64,000 nucleotides of DNA from NCBI GenBank assembly GCA_964016885.1, contig OZ024742.1:148924001-148988000 (forward strand). Reading direction: 5' to 3'. Shown in pieces: positions 13,277 to 25,361 of this stretch (position 1 is its first letter; each line of letters starts with the position of its first letter). Made by a program: the position numbers and the translations under genes. This DNA is from Eledone cirrhosa. Lineage: Eukaryota. The notes below the pieces were generated by a model. The model was not told the DNA's origin. It saw only the letters and a program-made list of their open reading frames with translations, and did no database searches.

Positions 13277-13321
13277 AATATTGAACTAGTTTCGATGTTG
13301 TTACATCTCATCAGCAATATT
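13277..13321 (-). ncRNA. Minimal type I hammerhead ribozyme (Penelope-type)
   Basis: Minus strand AATATTG CTGATGA GATGT-AACA-ACATC GAAA C-TA-G TT CAATATT: 7-bp stem I, 5-bp stem II, complete core, palindromic mini stem III (AACTAGTT), GUU cleavage triplet. Confidence 0.85.
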
Positions 13322-13504
13322 TACCTATCTTCCGGCCTCTCTAGAGAATCGTAAAAGCACATATCGTTATATGCTTTTTCTATGTATATATATATTATAT
13401 ATATATGTATATATATATATATATGTATATATATATTATATATATATGTATATATATATATAATGTATATATATATATATGTATATATATATTATATATA
13501 TATG

Positions 13505-13535
<31 letters not shown>

Positions 13536-13536
13536 T

Positions 13537-13603
<67 letters not shown>

Positions 13604-13627
13604 GTATATATATATTATATATATATG

Positions 13628-13688
<61 letters not shown>

Positions 13689-13700
13689 TATATATATATG

Positions 13701-13742
<42 letters not shown>

Positions 13743-13887
13743 TATAATATATATATATATACATATATATTATATATATAATATATATATATATACATAT
13801 ATATTATATATATAATATATATACATATATATTATATATATAATATATATATATATACATATATATTATATATATAATATATATACA

Positions 13888-13918
<31 letters not shown>

Positions 13919-13945
13919 CATATATATTATATATATATATATACA

Positions 13946-14103
<158 letters not shown>

Positions 14104-14668
14104 TATATATATACATATATATTATCTATATATATATATATATATATATACATATATATTATATATATATATATATATAATATATATATATATATACATA
14201 TATATTATCTATATATATATATATATATATATACATATATATTATATATATATACATATATATTATATATATATATATGTATATATTATATATATATACA
14301 TATATATTATATATATATATATATATTATATATATATATATACATATATATTATATATATATATGTATATATTATATATATGTATATATTATATATATAT
14401 ATATATACATATATATTATATATATATATATACATATATATTATATATATATATGTATATATTATATATATGTATATATTATATATATATATATACATAT
14501 ATATTATATATATATATATACATATATATTATATATATATATGTATATATTATATATATGTATATATTATATATATATATATATACATATATATTATATA
14601 TATATATGTATATATATATGAATTAGTTTAGCGAGGTTTTTTATATGAAATCGTGTGTCGAAACAGAT

Positions 14669-15502
14669 ATTGTTATACTTGGGGAGGGTCATATTTGCGT
14701 AATATTGCCAGAATTAATAACAGAACACACTCACTGTTTGGTTGGTTTTCGCTTCTCGCTGTCTTTTATATCTGCGATCTGCTAGACAACAACATCACGG
14801 TAACATAGACAACATAGAAATTAGAATAATATCTAAACATAGGAATGGCCCAGCAGATAGGCAAATCAGAGAGGCCAGTGAAATAGAAATTAGAAGACCA
14901 AAACGAAACAGAAAGAATGAGTGGAACAACAACAACACCCAAACAAACAACACTGACCTAAGAAAAGTATAAATAAGTAAATAAAATAAAATAAAATAAG
15001 ATAAATAAATACATACACAAGCACAATAACAAACAAGCACATAAACACACACTAGTCACCCAGCAGACACAACACTATACGCACTAGTCACACAGCACAC
15101 ATAACACTATACACACACGCAAACGCATGCGCAAAGAAGACAAAATAAAATAAGATAAACAAACAAGCAAATGAATAAATAAATATATAGACAGACTGAA
15201 TAAAAAATGGCGTAGACATACAACACAACAGGAGGAACAAAGAATATAACACCACTGACGATGTTGCAGATGTGCAACGAAAGATTTATGTAAATTATGT
15301 AAACTATATATATGTGTTTGTGTCTATATTGTATCTGTGTTATTTTTGACCGTCGGTCAGTCAATGGCAACATTGAGGCCCGAGTAAGTTAGATCGCAGA
15401 TATAAAAGACAGCGAGAAGCGAAAACCAACCAAACAGTGAGTGTGTTCTGTTATTAATTCTGGCAATATTACGCAAATATGACCCTCCCCAAGTATAACA
15501 AT
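14669..15502. mobile_element. Element bounded by 112-bp perfect inverted repeats (14669-14780 / 15391-15502), probably Penelope-like pseudo-LTRs
   Basis: Arms are exact reverse complements; related sequence at 6421-6520 and 15564-15620; flanked by (TA)n. Confidence 0.7.
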
Positions 15503-15527
15503 GTATATATATATGTATATATATATG

Positions 15528-15563
<36 letters not shown>

Positions 15564-15856
15564 TATTGTTATACTTTGGGAGGGTCATGTTGCCAATAAG
15601 AAACACACGCACCAGTTGCTTTCACTTCAATTTAATTTATTCTATATTTATAAATTTACAAATTTATAAATTTCTGGTTGGTTGGTTGGTTCCACAACCA
15701 GATAGTTGTTTATATATATATAGTCATAGTTCTTTCGTCACACACTCTGTGACTTCTTCAGTGACTGGGGATTTCTTTCTTCGTTTCTGTGCCTTTCCTT
15801 TCTTCTATCCTACGCCATTTTGTTTTCAAATGGCGTAGGATAGAAGAAAGGAAAGG

Positions 15857-16715
15857 CATCTGATCCCTCTTATTTCTAATTTTTTCCTTAGTTCGTTTAT
15901 GCTTTGCCGTTCACGTATATTACTGTTACACATCCAGCGGAGCATGCAAGCTTCGTTCCTCTCTAGTCTGCGTATATCCTCTGCACACAATGCCCAGGTC
16001 TCACTGCCATGCAACATTGCTGTTCGTATGCAGGCATCGTACAACCTGCCTTTCATTTTTAGGGAGAACCCTTTAGCAGCTAATAGTGGTATAAGCTCTC
16101 TGAACTTTTTCCAACCTGTTCTGACTCTAGCTATTGTACTTTCAGAGCACCCTCCCCCACTGCTGATTTTATCACCCAGGTAACGGAAACTGTCCACTAT
16201 TTCTATAGAACCCTCTGCGCAATTGAAAGAGCTAGTATTTTGTGGGCACTTGCTGCTAAAAAGTAATAGCACAACTAATCAGAGAGAGAATTGACCTAGA
16301 TGAAATGCAGTTCGGGTTTGTGTCAGGCAAAAGTACCACAGACGCTCTTTTCATTGTACGACAACTACAGGAGAAGTACCTAGCTAAAGGTAAACCCCTC
16401 TACTTAGCTTTTGTCGACTTGGAGAAAGCCTTTGACAGAGTCCCCCGCTCCATTATCTGGTGGGCTCTTAGAAAACTAGGCGTTGACGAATGGCTTGTGA
16501 GAGCTATACAAGCCATGTATAAAGAAACAGTCAGCAAGGTTAGAATTAACAACGAATATAGTGAAGAGTTTCGCGTAAAAGTTGGCGTCCATCAGGGCTC
16601 TGTTCTCAGCCCCCTACTATTTATTATTGCCCTTCAGGCTATAACAGAGGAGTTCAAGACCGGCTGCCCATGGGAACTCCTATACGCAGACGACCTGACA
16701 CATAGCGGAATCAAT
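15857..16715. mobile_element. RTE copy 3 with internal inversion: 15857-16258 (-) and 16259-16715 (+)
   Basis: ORFs 15826-16272(-) and 16305-16733(+) are nearly identical to two non-adjacent parts of the copy 2 ORF, joined head-to-head. Confidence 0.92.
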
Positions 16716-17362
16716 TGTTTCATCCAAACCTAGGCTTGGAGTCTTTGGAGCATTTTTCAATGCTTGTACATATAATTGACCTCCTATCCAACGCAAGAGA
16801 CATACAGATACATATATATATATATATTGATGTACAGTGGAGTGACATATATTATACTATACTATACTTGTACAGCAATTCAAATTTAAAATCAAAATTA
16901 AAATACATGCGGCAGATAACACAGATAATGCAAGAGGATAGGTCGATAATCAGACCCAGTCAATAGTGTATGCGTTAGTCATACATGGTGCATGTAAGTG
17001 TGTCTCATTTATATACGAGTATTGTGTGGCAAGGTGTTACATGTAATGCAAGCACTTTAAGCGGGTAAGCAAGAGTATTATGGTGGTTGTAGTGGGAGGG
17101 TATTTTTTTGTATAGATCAAAAAAGTATGTGTGCGGAAAAAGAAATGTATATATATATATATGTATGTATATATGTATATATATATATATATTGTATATA
17201 TATATGTATGTATATATATAATATATATGTATATATATATATATATTGTATATATATATGTATATATATATATATTGTATATATATATGTATATATATAT
17301 ATATTGTATATATATATGTATATATATATATATTGTATATATATATGTATATATATATATAT

Positions 17363-17393
<31 letters not shown>

Positions 17394-18031
17394 TATATAT
17401 ATATATGTATATATATATATATTATATATATGTATGTATATATATATATATAATATATATGTATGTATATATATATATAATATATATGTGTATATATATA
17501 TATAATATATATGTGTATATATATATAATATATATGTATATATATATATAATATATATGTATATATATATATATAATATATATGTATATATATATATTAT
17601 ATATATATGTATGTATATATATATATAATATATATGTGTATATATATATTATATATGTATGTATATAATATATATGTATATATATATATTATATATATAT
17701 GTATGTATATATATATAATATATATGTATATATATATAATATATATGTATATATATATATTATATATGTATGTATATATATATAATATATATGTATATAT
17801 ATATATTATATATGTATGTATATATATATAATATATATGTATATATATATATTATATATGTATGTATATAATATATAATATATATGTATATATATATATT
17901 ATATATATATGTATATATATATATTATATATATATGTATGTATATATATATATATATATAATATATATGTATATATATATAATATATATGTATATATATA
18001 TAATATATATGTATATATATATAATATATAT

Positions 18032-18332
18032 CATCATCATCATCATCATCAACGTTTAACGTCCGTGTTCCACGCTTGCATGGGTTTGGACGGGGGTAGT
18101 CCCACTTGAGGCAAGAGTGATTGTCTTGCTCGCATAGGACTGTCTGGCAGGTTTTCTACAGTTGGATGCCCTTCCTAACACCAACCACATTTACAGTGTG
18201 GGTCTGGGAGGTTTTTACCGTGTTGCCTACACGGCCACATTACAGCGTGGACTGTGTGTTTTTTTGTCGTGACACCTACACGATCTCATTTGTTTCGGCC
18301 TCGATGGCGCGGCACCAACATAACTTTACATA
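18032..18332 (-). mobile_element. RTE copy 4 (subfamily B), 3'UTR-only, ~300 bp
   Basis: Near-identical to 10573-10870; (CAT)n tail; both flanks (TA)n. Confidence 0.93.
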
Positions 18333-18724
18333 TATATATAATATATATATATACATATATATGTATATATATATATTATATATATATGTATATATATATA
18401 TTATATATATATGTATGTATATATATATATATAATATATATGTATATATATAAATTATATATATATGTATGTATATATATATATAATATGTATGTATATA
18501 TATATATATGTATGTATGTATATATATAATATATATGTATATATATAATATATATATAATATATATGTATATATATATAATATATATGTATATATATATA
18601 ATATATATGTATATATATATAATATATATGTATATATATATAATATATATGTATATATATATAATATATATGTATATATATATAATATATATGTATATAT
18701 ATATAATATATATATATAATATAT

Positions 18725-20358
18725 CATCATCATCATCAACGTTTAACGTCCGTGTTCCACGCTTGCATGGGTTTGGACGGGGGTAGTCCCACTTGAGGCA
18801 AGAGTGATTGTCTTGCTCGCATAGGACTGTCTGGCAGGTTTTCTACAGTTGGATGCCCTTCCTAACACCAACCACATTTACAGTGTGGGTCTGGGAGGTT
18901 TTTACCGTGTTGCCTACACGGCCACATTACAGCGTGGACTGTGTGTTTTTTTGTCGTGACACCTACACGATCTCATTTGTTTCGGCCTGGATGGCGCGGC
19001 ACCAACATAACTTTACATAGAACGGGGTGGTGTGGATGGGGTGGGGGTGGTGGCGGGACGGGGTGTATTTTGTTAGAGATGCCTACTGGCAAGGCGGGTC
19101 TTCTCTGTTACTGAGTACCGCCAAAGGTCTCGGTCCAGTGACATTGTCTTGGAGAGGTGTAAGTGTGTGAGGTCGGAGTTTATCAGCTCATCCCAGGTTT
19201 TTCTAGGTCTGCCTATTCCGTGGCTACCGTCTATCTTTATTGCCCTGCACTTTGTTATACAGCTATCGACTTTCATGCGCATGACGTGTCCATACCAACG
19301 CAGCCTTCTCTCGAGTAAACAACATCTGATCCCTCTTATCTCTAATTTTTTCCTTAGTTCGTTTATGCTTTGCCGTTCACGTATATTACTGTTACACATC
19401 CAGCGGAGCATGCAAGCTTCGTTCCTCTCTAGTCTGCGTATATCCTCTGCACACAATGCCCAGGTCTCACTACCATGCAGCATTGCTGTTCGTATGCAGG
19501 CATCGTACAACCTGCCTTTCATTTTTAGGGAGAACCCTTTAGCAGCTAATAGTGGTATAAGCTCTCTGAACTTTTTCCAACCAGTTCTGACTCTAGCTAC
19601 AGTACTTTCAGAGCACCCTCCCCCACTGCTGATTTTATCGCCCAGGTAACGGAAGCTGTCCACTATTTCTATAGAACCCTCTGCGCAATTGAAAGAGCTA
19701 GTATTTTGTGGGCACTTGCTGCTACTTATTGCACCAGAACACCGGCCACATGTAAAATCTATGTTCTTAGTTAGCTTACCTGTGATCCCACTACATCTTT
19801 TATGCACCCATACTTTGCATTTAGGACATAAAATGGAGTTTCTACCTACGCCTTTCCTACACATCGAGCACGACCATTTCCCAGAAGGGACCGCCGCCTT
19901 GTTTTCTTTCCTACAAACTAGAACTTTGGTCTTAGCCAGGTTAATTTTAAGTCCTTTTGACTCTAGGCCGTGCTTCCATGTTTGGAATTTCTTCTCTAGC
20001 TCGGCCATTGATTCCGCTATGAGTGTCAGCTCGTCTGCGTATAGGAGTTCCCATGGGCAGCCTGTCTTGAACTCCTCTGTTATAGCCTGAAGGGCAATAA
20101 TAAATAGTAGGGGGCTGAGAACAGAGCCCTGATGGACGCCAACTTTTACGCTAAACTCTTCACTATATTCGTTGTTAATTCTAACCTTGCTGACTGTTTC
20201 TTTATACATGGCTTGTATAGCCCTCACAAGCCATTCGTCAACGCCTAGTTTTCTAAGAGCCCACCAGATAATGGAGCGGGGGACTCTGTCGAAGGCTTTC
20301 TCCAGGTCGACAAAAGCTAAGTAGAGGGGTTTACCTTTAGCTAGGTACTTCTCCTGTA
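18725..20358 (-). mobile_element. RTE copy 5 (subfamily B), 5'-truncated; YADD changed to YADE
   Basis: ORF 19073-20227 almost identical to copy 2. Confidence 0.96.
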
Positions 20359-20685
20359 TGTATATGTATATATATATGTATGTATATATATATGTATGTA
20401 TATATATATGTATGTATATATATATATATGTATATATATATATGTATATATGTATATGTATATATATATGTATGTATATGTATATATATATGTATGTATA
20501 TGTATATATATATATGTATATATATATGTATGTATATGTATATATATATGTATGTATATGTATATATATATGTATGTATATATATATGTATGTATATGTA
20601 TATATATATGTATGTATATGTATATGTATATATATGTATATGTATATATATATATATGTGTGTATATATATATATGTATGTATAA

Positions 20686-21092
20686 TTCAATGACGACACT
20701 GGCCATACTGTTCTGTGTGCGAGTGTCGTGATATCATCAGACAGCTTGTTACATAATAAGGTTGTTTCCGAGGCAATCCAAATTGACTGACTGCCACAGT
20801 AGCGATGGGTAGCAGTAAACTTTGGCAAGGCATAGGTGGGCCACTGACAGCGAATTTCGTTGAAATCTGCGGTGCTAATTGTCAACTTCCTTCGGACATG
20901 CGCTTGCGCAGACCGGCGGGGGTGAATTGGTACTCACAAGGGAACGGATGAAAAACCCAAAAGCACGAACTTCATCCGTTCCCATGTCGATTCAATTTGG
21001 ATTGCCTCGGAAACAACCTTATTATGTAACGAGCTGTCTGATGATGTCACGACACTCGCACACAGAACAGTGTGGCCAGCGTCGTCATTGAA
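20686..21092. mobile_element. MITE-like non-autonomous DNA transposon with ~101-bp TIRs
   Basis: 20686-20786 is the reverse complement of 20992-21092 with a few mismatches; TA-rich flanks; internal 13-bp hairpin 20940-20952/20971-20983. Confidence 0.85.
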
Positions 21093-21240
21093 ATATATAT
21101 CACAGTATTATTAAAGGACTTGAATATCTGAAACTACTTCGCTTTTACTTATTCGATATTTACTCCGTCACTCCTATGTGGAAAAAGTACGTTGAGTGCT
21201 TGAATTGAATTGCATAAATATTTACCCTAATATATGTATG

Positions 21241-21299
<59 letters not shown>

Positions 21300-21304
21300 G
21301 TATG

Positions 21305-21390
<86 letters not shown>

Positions 21391-21580
21391 ATTGTTTCTT
21401 ATTTTTAGCACAAGGCCAGCAAGTATTCCAGTGTATTACTGGTACTTTATTTTATCGACCCCGTAAGGATGAAAGGCAAAGTTAACCTCGGCGGGATTTG
21501 AATTCAGAATGGCAAGGGCCGTAACTCTATGCGTCAAAGCATGGCGCCCGACCCTCTACCAATACTGCCAATCCACCGCC
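21391..21580 (-). mobile_element. tRNA-derived SINE (MetaSINE-like core); other copies ~26050-26233(-), 42615-42773(-), 47408-47740(+, tandem), degenerate at ~40120, 49500, 50560, 52020
   Basis: Box A TGGCAGTA.TGGTAGA, box B GA.TTCAAATCCC, core GCCTTTCATCCTTACGGGGTCGATAAAATAAAGTACCAG repeated across the window. Confidence 0.85.
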
Positions 21581-21779
21581 ATTATATATATATATATATA
21601 TATATACATATATATTATATATATATATACACATATATATTATATATATATATACATATATATTATATATATACATATATATTATATAACTTTGATAACT
21701 TTTGGCCAGTATTGGCCCAGGTTATGTCTAACTTAATAGCACCACCTGGCTATATATATACATTATATATATACATATA

Positions 21780-22001
21780 AAAAAAAACACACAGTCCACG
21801 CTGTAATGTGGTTGTGTAGGTAACATGGTAAAAACCTCCCAGTCCACACTGTAAACGTGGCTGGTGTTAGGAAGGGCATCCAGTCGTAGAAAACCTGCCA
21901 GACAGTCCTATACGAGCAAGACAACCAATCTTGCCTCACGTTGGACAATTCCCGTCCAAATACATGCTAGCGTGGAAGATGGACGTTAAATGATGATGAT
22001 G
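21780..22001 (+). mobile_element. Short RTE 3'UTR copy (diverged subfamily)
   Basis: Reverse complement similar to the copy 1/2 3'UTR; ends gacgttaaatgatgatgatga. Confidence 0.85.
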
Positions 22002-23059
22002 AATATATATGTATGTATGTTTATATAATATATATTTATGTATGTTTATATAATATATATAATCATTTAACGTCTGTTTTCGCTGCTAACAAGGATTTGA
22101 TGGGTTGGCACCTCGCTTAGATACGTTCTCACATTTACTAACTGTATTTCGGTGTATTTTATTGCACCAGCACTAGGGAGGCTACCTTGTCTGACACAGC
22201 TGATAAATCCTATCAACCCATTGCTTTGTTTGGGAGGTTTTCCCTGGCTTGATGCCCTTCCCATCAATATTTTTTGCAATATATTGGCTGCGCTATATTG
22301 TGAAATCAACAGTATAAAGTCTTGCTGTTAGTAGGAAAAGCTTTTCAGCTAAAGACTTTTATTTAATTTAGAAGTTCTAATGAATTGAAAGAAATTGTTT
22401 TCTAAGATAACTGCATTCAACTCTGAATCATACACTTAAACAGTAACATTGTTTACAAGTCAAATTATTTGAATGTAATTAAGACTGACTGTCCATATAA
22501 TGTTAGACATATAACACACACACATGTATGTGCATATAGATATATATATATGTATATTATATGTATATATATATATATATGTATATCATATTTATATATT
22601 ATGTATATTATATATATTATATTGTATATATTATTATATATGTATTATATATATAATATAACACTGGAACATTTTCGAAAGGTTTTAGTTTTTTTGCTTT
22701 TTACAATTGCTTATTTGATGGTGCTGGGTTCAGAAATACACTCAGAAATTTTCTATAATTTATTTTTTATTTTATTAAATGCAATACTGAAATAAGAAAC
22801 TACCACAAATCAAATAATAGTACTTTTTATTGTTTAACAAATATATTACACAAAAGGTTTAATATGAGAAATGTCATGGGTGGCTGGTCGATTTAATTTG
22901 AATGAATATATATATATACAATGGTACAAATTCTTCTGGGTGGGTGGAGTAGAAATGCTACTCTCTGAGAGATGGGTAGACCAGGTAATTGCTGATGAAC
23001 AGAAATACCATTTCTATGAGGCCTTCTTATGGACTACCTCAATGACAGTGATCTTATAA

Positions 23060-23645
23060 TCTCATCTGGTGACTTCACTGGACATGTTGGGAAACATCAT
23101 GACGGATTCCCTGGCATACATGGAAGCTACAGTTATGGTTCAAGAAATGAAGAGCTTCTGGAGGTCTGCGATGCTCTTGACTGATGACCTTTAACACAAA
23201 CTTCAAGAAACCATCCAGCCACCTGATTACCTACTGATCAGGAGATCATACAAGCTAAATAGACTTCATCCTCACCAGGAAACGGCAGTTGTAAAACCTT
23301 TCCTGGAGAAGAATATACCTCCTAACATAGACTAGTTGTCTGTGACCTTAGAATAAGTGCTAAACAGTCTGAGAGACAAAAACCAGTCTAGAAAAGAAGA
23401 CCTGGAAGCTAAGAGAACTTTGGCAGGTAACAAATACAGAGAAATCCTATTTGGTGCCTTTGACAGTAAGGAAGAAGAGATGGAGACGTATAAACTGGGG
23501 TTTCCTATGGAACAACCTGCTGGAAGCTACAAACCAGGCCTGCGGCTGGAGCAAGTTCCCAGTAAGTTGGAGGGTGATGTGGTGGTAGAATAAGGTAGAT
23601 AGAGCCATAAAAACAAAAAGACAAGCCTGGAGAGACTGGAGCATC
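23060..23645 (+). mobile_element. Degenerate RTE AP-endonuclease region
   Basis: GDFTGHVGKHHDGFPGIHG, TNFKKPSSHLITY, IDFILTRK, with stops and frameshifts. Confidence 0.75.
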
Positions 23646-23837
23646 TAGTCATAGAAAGTGGTGGTTTTGGTAATGATGGTTGTGATGGTTATTACTACCG
23701 CAACCATCATTACCAAAACCACCAGAGTAACAAGACTGACTATTTAGCCTTAATAAAATGAATATTAAAATTCTACTTCAGTATTGAGTACCCTTTTCTC
23801 TCAGCTGTCAATCACATATGATATACTTATATATATA

Positions 23838-24990
23838 TGCGAGGTTTGTCCCAAAAGTAAGGGTTCTGACGTTTTATTTAAATGTATATCGAACATACTC
23901 GAAATTACAAGTTATTTCCTTCAAAATTCAACTGTTGGGAAGTCACACAATGGTTCCAACGTTTTTTCCATTGATTGTAAGCAGTACCAGAAGTCATTTT
24001 CTGTCAGTTAAATTTTTTTGTATGTTTTCCACAGTCCCAAAATGATGACTCTTCAAATTCAATTTCAACTCGGAGAAGAGGTAAAAATCACATGGACCTA
24101 GATATGGGCTGTAGGGAGATATTGAAGAGTGGGGATGCTTTTCTTGGCCAGAAATTCTCGAATTAAAAGTGTTGTGTGAGTAGGTACGATATTGTTGTCC
24201 AGTACCCAATCTCCTAAAATGTCCTTTTGGACTTGCTGGACCCGTTTTTGAAGTCGTTCCAATTCATCTTTATAGAAGGAACCATTAACTGTCTGTCCTG
24301 GAGGTAAACATTCTTTTGAACATTATCATGGCTGCTGACAAAAATGATAATCATCATTTTAACACTGTATCTGCTCATGCATGCTTTCTTTGGACAAGAA
24401 TTTTTCGAGTGCCACTCCTCACTTTGTGGTTTTATCTCTTGATTGTACTCGAATAACCATGATTCATCTTTTATTATTTTAATCTAGAAATTTTGAGTCT
24501 TTCTAGCAAATCCTGACAAATTTCAAACCAGTTTTCATTTTGCTCCACAGACAAGTGTTTCAATGCAAATGTTTCACATGAACAAATGATCTGTGAAAGC
24601 ATTTTTATCCAAGCCTGTTTCTTCTGCAATCATCCTCATGCTTAATTGGCGATCTTTCACCATCCTGCTCTCACCACTTCCACATTTTATTCATTTGTTT
24701 AAGAGATTAGCCTTCCAGAACAAGGATCATCTTCAACATTTTCTTGGCCCTCTTTGAAAGTTTTGTACCACTTAAAAAACCTTACTTCTCGATAAAGTGA
24801 CATACACATAAGCTTGTGTTAAAGAATTAAATGTTTCAGTGCTAGATTTGTTGAGTTTTATACAAAATTTAAGTGCACACCATTGTTCGATAGCAGAAGT
24901 TATAAACTCGCCTGTACATAAACAGCAATAAGTCACGACTGACTGGATCAATCATGTTGAAACAAGTATATAGATACAACTAATGGCATA
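23838..24990 (-). mobile_element. Degenerate mariner (Tc1/mariner) transposon
   Basis: PYSPYLGPCDFYLFSELKLNLKSHHF (YSPDLAPCDF motif); N-terminal EQWCALKFCIKLNKSSTETF...VEDDPCSGR near 24720-24890; TIR-like gaggtttgtcccaaaagt after a TA run. Confidence 0.85.
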
Positions 24991-25004
24991 AGCAACACGG
25001 CTAT

Positions 25005-25319
25005 ATACCACCCTCTCTCTGTAAAGTTGGTACCACAACATTCAGTCCAAATAAATGAGATAATGAGATCGAGATCGTGTAGGTGTCACGAGAAAAAACA
25101 CACAGTTCACGCTGTAATGTGTTCGTGTAGGTAACACGGTAAAAAGTTCCCAGTTCCACACTGTAAATGTGGTTGGTGTTAGGAAGGGCATCCAACCGTA
25201 GAAAACCTGCCAGATAGTCCTGTATGAGCGAGACACGGTCACCCGACCAACCTTGCCTCAAGTGGGACAACTCCCGTCTAACCCATGCTAGCGTGGAAGA
25301 TGGACGTTAAACGATGATG

Positions 25320-25321
<2 letters not shown>
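25005..25321 (+). mobile_element. Short RTE 3'UTR copy (diverged subfamily)
   Basis: Homologous to the RTE 3'UTR; GAT tail followed by (TA)n(GA)n. Confidence 0.85.

Positions 25322-25361
<40 letters not shown>

Noticed and set aside
21005-21056. GAAA...CTGATGA in the MITE TIR as a type II hammerhead
   Set aside because: Stems I and II cannot form convincingly.
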